From the NCBI GenBank assembly GCA_041640455.1, contig JBEQAF010000013.1, positions 1 through 35,070 of the forward strand: a stretch of 35,070 bases of DNA, read 5' to 3'. Positions 27,733-35,070 of this stretch are shown here, piece by piece; position 1 is the stretch's first letter, and every line of letters starts with the position of its first letter. Position numbers and translations under genes: made by a program. Source of the DNA: a bacterium. Lineage in GTDB: Bacteria > CALINM01. The notes below the pieces were generated by a model. It was given only the letters and a program-made list of their open reading frames with translations. It did no database searches and was not told the DNA's origin.

Positions 27733-29656
27733 AATCCTTTTTTCAGCCCTTCTATTTTTAATGTTAATAACAGATGGGTATTCAAGAGTTATTGATATTA
27801 CAGCTGATGAGTTTCTCTATGAAAGAGAGAAAGACTATATGGTGGCTAAAGGAAATGTGGAGGCAGATCTGGATGGTTTAAAAATTTATGCTGACACTGT
27901 TTATTTTGATAAAAAAAATCAGATGATTTATGTAGACGGCAGGATAAAAATTCTGAGAGATTTTCTCGGGATTGGAGAAGGTTTAAAATATGACCTTAAA
28001 AACAAAGAAGGATATCTTAAAAATGTAGAGCTTTATTACTTTTCAGAGGATAAAAAAAAACAGAAATTTATATGGGGAGATGAGATAATCATTTTAGATA
28101 ATGACAGTTTTTATATAAAAAACGGATATTTTAGCAGTTGCGATGGGATAGATAAGCCCTGGTATATAAAAGGCTGTGATATTAAAATTAATCTCGGTCA
28201 GTATCTCACAGCCAGAGATGTTAAACTCTATGCATCGGATATTCCCATGTTTTATAGTCCCTATTTCATAGCCCCTGTTAAGAAGGAAAAAGAGTCAGGT
28301 TTTCTTATGCCAGTCTTTGGCTTTTCAGGAAAGCATGGCTTTGTCTTAAATCAGCCCTATTACTTTTTTTTAGATGAAAGCTACGATAATACTCTAAGCC
28401 TGAATTTAAGAACTGAGGACACCATTGGTTTTGACAATGAATTTCGTTACATGTTATCAAAGAAAGAGGAAGGCTTTCTGAATCTCTCTTTTTATGAAAA
28501 CTATAAGATAGATCGTGAGTATTTACATCTCAATTTCAAACATAACAAAGAGAACAGACTAAAGATTAATACAAACCTTTTGAACCGAAGAGATTTTTTT
28601 TATGAATACAAAAATGATAGAGAAGAAAAAAGCCAGCCCTATCTAAGAAATATGGCTTTTCTTGAAAAACCCATAAAAAGAGATATCTACTCGCTGGCAT
28701 TTTTCAATGGCTACAATCTTAATCTGAATGATAGAGACTTTAGCTCCTTATCTATAAATAAGGATTCTTATCCCTTAGGTATTAATAATTATTTTTTTTA
28801 TAATCTTGATGGCAGTCTTAACCTGGTATCACAGGGGAGTAATAATTACGAAAGGCTTATCTTAAAACCCTATGGTGTTTTAAGATCAACAAGAAAGGAT
28901 CATGACCTTTCAATGAAGATATCCGGTTATTTCAATTATTATACCGATCAGCTAAGAAAGGAAGAAAAAAAAGGGTATGTTATTTTTAATCCTGAGCTTA
29001 AAGTTTATAAAAACTTTCTGGTTAACGAAAGGTACGCAAACAAAAATAGCCTATCCCTATCGCCTGTTTTTCCAGTAAAAGCATTTGACAACCTGAGCAG
29101 AACTTTTGACAAAAAAGATGTTCTAAACAGTGATAGGAGGATTGAATATAATCTGGAGCAGAAACATTACGATCTGTATGACGGCAGGCTTTTGTATAAT
29201 CTAAATATAAACCAGAGCTATATTCTTAATAATAGTAACGGTGAAAGCAGTTTTAGCGATCTTGGCGCACTATTTAGAGCCTACGGTGAAAGCTGGATAT
29301 TTGGACTTACAGGCACGATTAGTCATATAAACAGGGATATAAAAGATTTTATGAGCTACCTGAATGTTAAACATGCTGAATTTGATCTTAATGTAAACTA
29401 TACAAAAACTATTTTAAAAGATGAGTTTTTAAACCTTGATGTTATAAAAAGAATTAATAATAGTTTAGCCTTTTCAGCAGGGATAAAATACGATATAGAA
29501 AGTGATGTTTTAAAAGAAACAGCATTTGGCGTAGAATATCTTAAAAACTGTTACAGTATTAAGGTTGATCTTAGAAATAGAAAAGAACCCAGCGAGTTTA
29601 ATCTGTTTTTATTTATAAATCTTTACGGGCTTGGTGAGATAAGGCAGGCTTTGTAA
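27722..29656 (+). CDS. lptD: LPS assembly outer-membrane protein LptD
   Basis: Signal peptide, jellyroll N-terminus (ITAD..., FSSCD..PW), SGFLMP motif, beta-strand C-terminus with Y..CY and L.GLG. Confidence 0.85.
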   Translation: MKYKILFSALLFLMLITDGYSRVIDITADEFLYEREKDYMVAKGNVEADLDGLKIYADTVYFDKKNQMIYVDGRIKILRDFLGIGEGLKYDLKNKEGYLKNVELYYFSEDKKKQKFIWGDEIIILDNDSFYIKNGYFSSCDGIDKPWYIKGCDIKINLGQYLTARDVKLYASDIPMFYSPYFIAPVKKEKESGFLMPVFGFSGKHGFVLNQPYYFFLDESYDNTLSLNLRTEDTIGFDNEFRYMLSKKEEGFLNLSFYENYKIDREYLHLNFKHNKENRLKINTNLLNRRDFFYEYKNDREEKSQPYLRNMAFLEKPIKRDIYSLAFFNGYNLNLNDRDFSSLSINKDSYPLGINNYFFYNLDGSLNLVSQGSNNYERLILKPYGVLRSTRKDHDLSMKISGYFNYYTDQLRKEEKKGYVIFNPELKVYKNFLVNERYANKNSLSLSPVFPVKAFDNLSRTFDKKDVLNSDRRIEYNLEQKHYDLYDGRLLYNLNINQSYILNNSNGESSFSDLGALFRAYGESWIFGLTGTISHINRDIKDFMSYLNVKHAEFDLNVNYTKTILKDEFLNLDVIKRINNSLAFSAGIKYDIESDVLKETAFGVEYLKNCYSIKVDLRNRKEPSEFNLFLFINLYGLGEIRQAL

Positions 29657-30213
29657 TGAAGGCTGAGTTTATAAAAAGTGTATATGATTTTAATGATTAC
29701 AAAGGTTTTGGTCTGCCTGAGTTTGCCTTTGCGGGCAGGTCAAATGTTGGTAAATCATCTCTTATAAACTGTATCTTGAATACCAGAATTGCCCATACCA
29801 GCAAAACTCCTGGAAAAACAAGATCTATAAACTTTTACATGGTAGAAAAAAGATTTATTCTTACAGACCTACCAGGCTACGGTTATGCAAAGGTTTCCAA
29901 TCAGGAGATTTTGAGATGGAAAGAGCTTGTGGAGTCCTATATATTAAAATCTAAGAATCTGAGAATGGTCTTTGTACTTGCAGATATAGCAAGAGGTATT
30001 GAGTATGAAGAGACCATGCTTCTTGACTGGTTAAAAATTTTAAGGAAACCCGCACAAATAGTATTTACAAAAATAGACCGGCTTTCAAGATCAGAAATGG
30101 TAAAGAAAGATAATGAGCTTAAATGGATATCCCCGGTCTATTTCTCATCAAAAACTAAAGAAGGCAAAAAAAGTATAATAAAAATAATAGAGGATATGTT
30201 AAATAAGGGCTAA
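29656..30213 (+). CDS. engB: Ribosome biogenesis GTPase YihA/YsxC
   Basis: GRSNVGKSSLIN, SKTPGKT, DLPGYGYA, TKID. Confidence 0.96.
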   Translation: MKAEFIKSVYDFNDYKGFGLPEFAFAGRSNVGKSSLINCILNTRIAHTSKTPGKTRSINFYMVEKRFILTDLPGYGYAKVSNQEILRWKELVESYILKSKNLRMVFVLADIARGIEYEETMLLDWLKILRKPAQIVFTKIDRLSRSEMVKKDNELKWISPVYFSSKTKEGKKSIIKIIEDMLNKG

Positions 30214-30410
30214 TCCTTTTTCCCAATAGCCTCGTTTAGCTCCTTAATCAGCTGATCCACGTTTATACCATGGACCAGAGCGCCTTGTTCCACATTTTCA
30301 AACTGGGCAGCATGACAGCCTATACAGCCAAGTCCATATTTTGCAAAAACCTGAATTGTTTGGGGATATCTCCTGACCACTTCCTGAAAGGTCATGTCTT
30401 TTGTAATCAT
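30210..30410 (-). CDS. DUF1858 domain protein (hybrid-cluster-protein-associated redox domain)
   Basis: MITKDM...YP....VF...GLGCIGC....E..EQGA.VHGI....L..ELN; SD AGGAGG. Confidence 0.88.
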   Translation of the reverse strand: MITKDMTFQEVVRRYPQTIQVFAKYGLGCIGCHAAQFENVEQGALVHGINVDQLIKELNEAIGKKD

Positions 30411-30500
30411 ACTAAAACCTCCTAAAATATATATTAACTATTAAAACACAAATATATAAAAATTGGAATACAAAATCTAAGTCTGTTGCAGTCCGAATAT

Positions 30501-30528
30501 TTGACAAAAAATTTTTGTCTGGTAAATA
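30501..30528 (+). promoter_or_regulatory. Putative promoter overlapped by a perfect inverted repeat (operator candidate)
   Basis: TTGACA 30501-30506; TG-G-TAAATA 30520-30528; GACAAAAA-A-TTTTTGTC 30503-30519. Confidence 0.5.
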
Positions 30529-30735
30529 TTATTTAAGGAATCATGTCAAAAATTATATGGGAACTGAGTTATAAATAGAAAAACGTAAAAAGGCAGAGAT
30601 AGAGGCGAGGGGAAAAAAGATTTTATTTCCTGACAACGAATAGCTGCAAGATAAATTTATAATTGAATTTAAAAAAATAAGACTTAAAAGATATATTAAA
30701 AATCTTTGGCAGAATTATAAAATAGAGGAGGTAAT

Positions 30736-30831
30736 ATGAAAAAGCCCGCCCCTTTTTTAAGCCCCCTCTGGTGGCTCATACATTTTATTGGCATTGCCTT
30801 TTTTTACGGGCTTGGAGTTTATCTTAAGTAG
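30736..30831 (+). CDS. 31-aa single-TM His-containing peptide (not in ORF track)
   Basis: SD GAGGAGG at 30725-30731; MKKPAPFLSPLWWLIHFIGIAFFYGLGVYLK*. Confidence 0.78.
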   Translation: MKKPAPFLSPLWWLIHFIGIAFFYGLGVYLK

Positions 30832-30841
30832 GAGGTTTTTT

Positions 30842-30946
30842 ATGCTTCAGTATTTTATGAGATACCGCATTGGTTGGTTTATCTTACATATTGTGGCAAT
30901 CGGTTTAACCATCTATCTTGGTTATAAAGTTGATTTTACGAGGTAG
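30842..30946 (+). CDS. 34-aa single-TM His-containing peptide (not in ORF track)
   Basis: SD AGGAGG at 30830-30835; MLQYFMRYRIGWFILHIVAIGLTIYLGYKVDFTR*. Confidence 0.78.
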   Translation: MLQYFMRYRIGWFILHIVAIGLTIYLGYKVDFTR

Positions 30947-30949
30947 CCT

Positions 30950-31348
30950 ATGAACAGAAAACTGCTTATTTTAGCCCTCTTTTTACTTGCCGTATCGGCT
31001 TTTTTACTGCATTATCGGATTCATCCTTTCCTTATAACCAGCAAGCTTGATCCTACCCAGAAAGGTTTAAGTCCCACATATTTTATTGCTTCACTGCTGC
31101 CAGCCATTGACGCAGTTATTGTAACAGCCCTTTTTATGTCCAGAAAAACCGCAGTATATGGCTATCTTTTAAATGGTCTTATTGTAATCTACGGTGTAAC
31201 AATGATGGGGCATTTTAGCATTAACAACATAATAATGGCAAATATACCGCCTTCTGACTGGATTTTAAAGTCCACATTTAAGGATATCTGCATAGCCATG
31301 GCAGACTTTTTTGTTGGGAAGGTAGTATATGACAGCTATTTTAGTTAA
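30950..31348 (+). CDS. Hypothetical 4-TM membrane protein with His motifs
   Basis: SD GAGG at 30940-30943; four hydrophobic segments; LLHYRIH and MGHF. Confidence 0.8.
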   Translation: MNRKLLILALFLLAVSAFLLHYRIHPFLITSKLDPTQKGLSPTYFIASLLPAIDAVIVTALFMSRKTAVYGYLLNGLIVIYGVTMMGHFSINNIIMANIPPSDWILKSTFKDICIAMADFFVGKVVYDSYFS

Positions 31349-31351
31349 ATA

Positions 31352-32737
31352 TTAGTGTTTTTTTACATCCACGCCGCTCTGCTTGAGTATATTTTTTATG
31401 AAAGAAAATATATTATGAACCTTCTCTTCAGTTTCGGCTTCCGCATAGACTCTAACCACAGGCTCTGTTCCTGATACCCTTACAAGAAGAAAAGAGCTTT
31501 CAGAGAGAATAAACTTTCTTCCATCCATAAAATTTTTTTCTGCCACCTTAATCCCTGCAATCTGATCAAAATCAAGCTGATTTAGAATCTTTCTGACCTT
31601 ATTCTCATCCGTAAAGCTGTAATCTTCCCTTTTAAAGAAAAATCTGCCATAGATCTCTTCTATCTCTGAATATATCTCCGATAACAGTTTTTTCTCTTCT
31701 GAGAGCATCTTAAGTATCATAAGAGCCATGTAAATACCATCTCGCTCGGGAATATATCCCTTTATAGCCATCCCGCCGCTTTCTTCTCCGCCTATTAGCG
31801 CCTCCTTGTTAAGAAAAAAGGGAACAATATTTTTGAAGCCTATGGGAACCTCTTTAATAGGCAGATTATGTTTCTTTGCTATGATAGAAAGCAAAGAGGT
31901 AGTTGAAACTGTTTTTATAACTGTACCTTTTTCGCCCTTTTTAATGAGATAGTGTAAAAAGAGCGGGAGCAGTTTCTGGGTAGAGTAAAACACACCCCTT
32001 TCATCAAAGGCGGCTATGCGATCTCCGTCTCCATCAAAGGCAAAGGCTATCTGATAATTTTCATTAATTAGAGTATTTCTTGTATTTATTAGATTTGATT
32101 CGGTAGGCTCTGGATTAACATTTCCGAATGAAGGATTTATAAAATTGTTTATCTCCCGAATAGTCAGTAATGAGCCTTTGAATATCTCAGTAAGATAACC
32201 CTGAGCTGCGCCAAACATAGGGTCAACAAGCAGTTTCAGATTAATTCTGCCTATCTGATCAATGGGAAAGAGATTTTTTAAAAAATCAAGATAGAACGTT
32301 TTTATATCCGTCTCTTTTGTTAAGCCTTTTTGACTGATATTTTTTATCTCAGTTTTTGATATGCTCTGAATGGTTTCAAATAATGCAGATCCTCCAAATC
32401 TTTCTTTTATCTTTACACCATTGAACTGAGGCGGATTATGACTTGCAGTTATCATTATCCCGAAGGATAATCTTTTTTTATGAGTAAAAAGAGAAAGGGC
32501 GGGGCTGGGAACAAAGCTTTTAGTTAGATAGGTTTTAAAACCATAGTTTTCAGCTACTCTTGATATCTCTTCTGCTACTTCTTTAGAAAGAAATCTTGTG
32601 TCATAACCTATGGCAACGCTATTTTTTTTATTATGAAAATAGCTTAATGCCATCTTTGCAACTGTGGTAGCCCTTTCAAAAGTAAAATCTTTGCCAATAT
32701 AACCTCTAAAACCGTCTGTTCCAAATTTTATTTTCAT
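31352..32737 (-). CDS. Phosphoglucomutase/phosphomannomutase family protein
   Basis: FGTDGFRG, TASHNP, FDGDGDR, GEESGG, RVSGTEP. Confidence 0.94.
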   Translation of the reverse strand: MKIKFGTDGFRGYIGKDFTFERATTVAKMALSYFHNKKNSVAIGYDTRFLSKEVAEEISRVAENYGFKTYLTKSFVPSPALSLFTHKKRLSFGIMITASHNPPQFNGVKIKERFGGSALFETIQSISKTEIKNISQKGLTKETDIKTFYLDFLKNLFPIDQIGRINLKLLVDPMFGAAQGYLTEIFKGSLLTIREINNFINPSFGNVNPEPTESNLINTRNTLINENYQIAFAFDGDGDRIAAFDERGVFYSTQKLLPLFLHYLIKKGEKGTVIKTVSTTSLLSIIAKKHNLPIKEVPIGFKNIVPFFLNKEALIGGEESGGMAIKGYIPERDGIYMALMILKMLSEEKKLLSEIYSEIEEIYGRFFFKREDYSFTDENKVRKILNQLDFDQIAGIKVAEKNFMDGRKFILSESSFLLVRVSGTEPVVRVYAEAETEEKVHNIFSFIKNILKQSGVDVKKH

Positions 32738-32878
32738 AATAGTGATCCTTAAAAATTTTATGACAATTTATCATATTTTAGATCGCCAAAAAAGCAGGAA
32801 TTAAATTATTAAAGGAATTTAACCATTGATAATTAAAAATCAGTCTGATAGTCTTAAATATTAAAAAAAGAGCTGAAC

Positions 32879-33193
32879 ATGTCAGAATTTAAAGATGTGA
32901 CGGTAGTTAAAAAAGCAAATGTTTATTTTAATGGTGGAGTAACCAGCAGAACCATAATCTTTAAAGATGGTTCAAAAAAGACCTTAGGGATAATGCAGAT
33001 CGGTGAGTATGAGTTTAACACTGCTGATAAGGAGTTGATGGAGATTATGGAAGGAGATCTTGATGTTTTGCTACCTGGAAATGAAAACTGGCTGAACATA
33101 AGGTCGGGACAGTCCTTTGAAGTCCCTGCTAATTCAAAGTTTGTTTTGAGAGTAAAAAGTTTAACCGACTACTGTTGCTCCTTCATAAAATAG
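32879..33193 (+). CDS. ppnP: Pyrimidine/purine nucleoside phosphorylase
   Basis: [40 protein letters not shown]. Confidence 0.93.
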   Translation: MSEFKDVTVVKKANVYFNGGVTSRTIIFKDGSKKTLGIMQIGEYEFNTADKELMEIMEGDLDVLLPGNENWLNIRSGQSFEVPANSKFVLRVKSLTDYCCSFIK

Positions 33194-33210
33194 CTGTTAT
33201 AATCAGGGAG

Positions 33211-34935
33211 ATGAAGAAAAAAATATTAATATTATTAATGTTTTTGGCATTTCTTGTGCCAGCTTATGGAGAACAGGACAACATAAAACATGTACTTATT
33301 ATTCACTCCTATGACCCATCTTACCAGTGGACGGCAAATATCAATAATGGTTTGCTCTCAACTATAAATGAGCCCCATATAAAGGTATATACTGAGTATC
33401 TTGACCTTTTGAGGCAGAGCTACACAGAAGACTATCTTAAATACATAGAAGCGCTGTTTCTTTATAAATACAAAAATTTTAGATTTGATCTCATAATTGT
33501 AACCGATGACTATGCCTTAGACTATGTGCTAAAAAAAAGAGAACTCTTTTTCAAAGATACCCCCATAGTATTCTGTGGAATTAACGAGTTTAATCTCAGT
33601 ATGATCAAAGGTCAAAAAAATATAACAGGTGTAAATGAACATATGTCCATACAGGAAAATATTGAACTGGCTTTCAGCCTTTCTAAAAATCCAAAAAAAA
33701 TTGCCGTAATAGCTGGAACAAGAATTCCTGAGATAAAAAACCTTGAAAGCTTTAAAAAATACATAAAAGCTTATGAAGATAGGGTTAAAGTCTTATATCT
33801 GAACAATCTGGAACTGGATGAGATGGCAAATGAACTCTCAAGGCTTGATAGTAATGATGTAGTTTTTCATCTTTCATATTTAAGGTCACCGAAGGGGATT
33901 CTTTATGAGTCTGACTATGTGATTGAATATTTATCAAATGCCACCAGCGCTAAATTTTTCGTCCTTCAGGATCATCTTATTAAGTTCAATGTACTGGGAG
34001 GCAAGGTAATATCAGGTGTTGCCCACGGAGAAGAGGCAGGTAAGATGGCTCTTATGATACTTAATGGTAAAAAGGCAGATCAGATCCCTGTTAAGATGGA
34101 AAGCCCCAATAGATACATGTTTAATGGTAAGCTCCTGCTAAAGCATAAAATTTCGAAGCTTGAACTACCGAAGGGATCAATAATTATCAATGAGACTTTA
34201 GAGCAGTTAAAGGAAGGCTGGGTTGAAAGGATTAAAAACAGCGCTTTTGACTATAATCTTTTTAAGAATCACGGAACCGTTATGTTAATAATTGACCCTG
34301 AAACAGGCTTTATAATTGATGCCAATAACTCTGCCTATGAATATTATGGATATGAGAGGCTTACTGAGAAGAAAATAACTGAGATAAATACCCTCACACA
34401 TGAGCAGGTTAAAGAGGAGATGCAGAAGGCAAAGGAGCAGAGAAGAAACTTTTTTAACTTCAGACATAGACTCGCAAACGGCATGATAAGAGATGTAGAG
34501 GTATATTCATATCCCATCAAGCTGGGTGACAGGCCGCTTTTATTTTCCATTATTTTTGATGTGACAGACAGAATAGCTCTTGAGAGGGAAAATCAGAAAA
34601 GGCAAAGATTTATTATCTTATCACTTACATTAATAAGCATTCTCAGTGCTTTTGTCGTTTTAATTAGTCTATACTATCTGAAGAAGAAGAAAGAGTATGC
34701 CGATGAGCTTCTTGAAAAAAACCGTAGTCTTGAAAAGGCAAAAGAAGAGATTAAGGTTCTATCAGGTATAATCCCCATATGTTCTCACTGTAAAAAAATA
34801 AGAGACGACAAGGGCTACTGGAGCCAGCTGGAAAAGTTCATTTCCGAAAGATCGGAAGTATTATTCAGCCATAGTATATGTCCTACCTGTTACAAAAAGT
34901 ATTACGAATCCAGTGAAAGTGACTTTAAAAAATAG
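33211..34935 (+). CDS. Membrane sensor: ABC substrate-binding-like domain, PAS domain, TM helix, coiled coil, C-terminal Cys/His motif
   Basis: Signal peptide from ATG 33211 (SD GGGAG); VLIIHSY, PIVFCGIN; IIDAN..A..YYGY, FRHRLANG..RDVEV; TM FIILSLTLISILSAFVVLISLYYL; IPICSHCKKIRDD...SHSICPTC. Confidence 0.85.
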   Translation: MKKKILILLMFLAFLVPAYGEQDNIKHVLIIHSYDPSYQWTANINNGLLSTINEPHIKVYTEYLDLLRQSYTEDYLKYIEALFLYKYKNFRFDLIIVTDDYALDYVLKKRELFFKDTPIVFCGINEFNLSMIKGQKNITGVNEHMSIQENIELAFSLSKNPKKIAVIAGTRIPEIKNLESFKKYIKAYEDRVKVLYLNNLELDEMANELSRLDSNDVVFHLSYLRSPKGILYESDYVIEYLSNATSAKFFVLQDHLIKFNVLGGKVISGVAHGEEAGKMALMILNGKKADQIPVKMESPNRYMFNGKLLLKHKISKLELPKGSIIINETLEQLKEGWVERIKNSAFDYNLFKNHGTVMLIIDPETGFIIDANNSAYEYYGYERLTEKKITEINTLTHEQVKEEMQKAKEQRRNFFNFRHRLANGMIRDVEVYSYPIKLGDRPLLFSIIFDVTDRIALERENQKRQRFIILSLTLISILSAFVVLISLYYLKKKKEYADELLEKNRSLEKAKEEIKVLSGIIPICSHCKKIRDDKGYWSQLEKFISERSEVLFSHSICPTCYKKYYESSESDFKK

Positions 34936-34941
34936 CCAGTC

Positions 34942-34969
34942 TTGACATTTTAGAATCCATTGTTATTAT
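34942..34969 (+). promoter_or_regulatory. Putative sigma70 promoter
   Basis: TTGACA 34942-34947, 16 nt, TATTAT 34964-34969 preceded by TGn. Confidence 0.6.
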
Positions 34970-34997
34970 TTGATTAAAAAACCAACAGGAGGTATCT

Positions 34998-35070
34998 ATG
35001 AGAAAAAGTTTTTTTGTTGTGTTTTTTATCTTAGTTTTAGCAGTAGGGGCTGGATATGGTTTTGATAAGG
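34998..35070 (+). CDS. Exported protein, N-terminus only (runs off window)
   Basis: SD AGGAGG; MRKSFFVVFFILVLAVGAGYGFDK looks like a signal peptide. Confidence 0.75.
   Translation, partial: MRKSFFVVFFILVLAVGAGYGFDK

Noticed and set aside
30310..30330. CxxCH (CIGCH) in the DUF1858 protein as a c-type heme site
   Set aside because: No signal peptide; CxxC is the normal motif of this cytoplasmic family
30596..30720. GATAGAGGCG resembling the 5' end of a lysine riboswitch
   Set aside because: The remaining helices and conserved 3' motifs are not evident, and no lysine genes follow
30736..30831. Tandem Trp codons (TGG TGG) in a short ORF, suggesting a trpL attenuator leader
   Set aside because: It is about 5 kb downstream of trpA, has no terminator/antiterminator hairpins, and the WW begins a TM helix mirrored in the next ORF
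921..34550. Many 60-160 aa antisense or alternate-frame ORFs in the track (e.g. 19912-20352, 21216-21701)
   Set aside because: They lie within well-supported genes and show no recognisable motifs; treated as shadow ORFs
1..35070. CRISPR arrays, tRNA/rRNA genes, IS elements, prophage
   Set aside because: No periodic repeats, cloverleaf motifs, transposase, integrase or phage genes seen by eye

Overview
AT-rich, gene-dense chromosomal segment of a diderm bacterium (lpxH, lptD present), probably an anaerobe; a Desulfobacterota-like affiliation is my impression only. In order: the 3' end of an AAA/PD-(D/E)XK gene; cooT; a TPP riboswitch heading a thiamine operon (thiS-thiF fusion, thiDN, a HydG-like radical SAM gene in the thiH position, thiS, thiG, tenI/thiE-like, thiC); a convergent A/V-type ATPase operon (G/H, I, K, E, C, F, A, B) with no subunit D; a DUF4177-like gene and an ABC-2 exporter; lpxH; a cNMP-binding protein; nadA-paaI; trpEGDCFBA, a class II phosphodiesterase, folC, lptD, engB; DUF1858; a three-gene small membrane protein cluster; a phosphohexomutase; ppnP; and a PAS sensor with no kinase domain. 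The best novelty candidate is two tandem micro-ORFs missing from the ORF track (30736-30831, 30842-30946). Each encodes one TM helix with W-x3-H-x3-I-x5-LG, the pattern of the cytochrome b559 alpha/beta (PsbE/PsbF) heme helices, and they are followed by a His-containing 4-TM protein, with no photosynthesis genes in the window. Also notable: a full HydG-type enzyme under TPP-riboswitch control, the missing ATPase D subunit, and a probable ACG start codon for trpE. All family calls come from motif recognition by eye; no searches were run.
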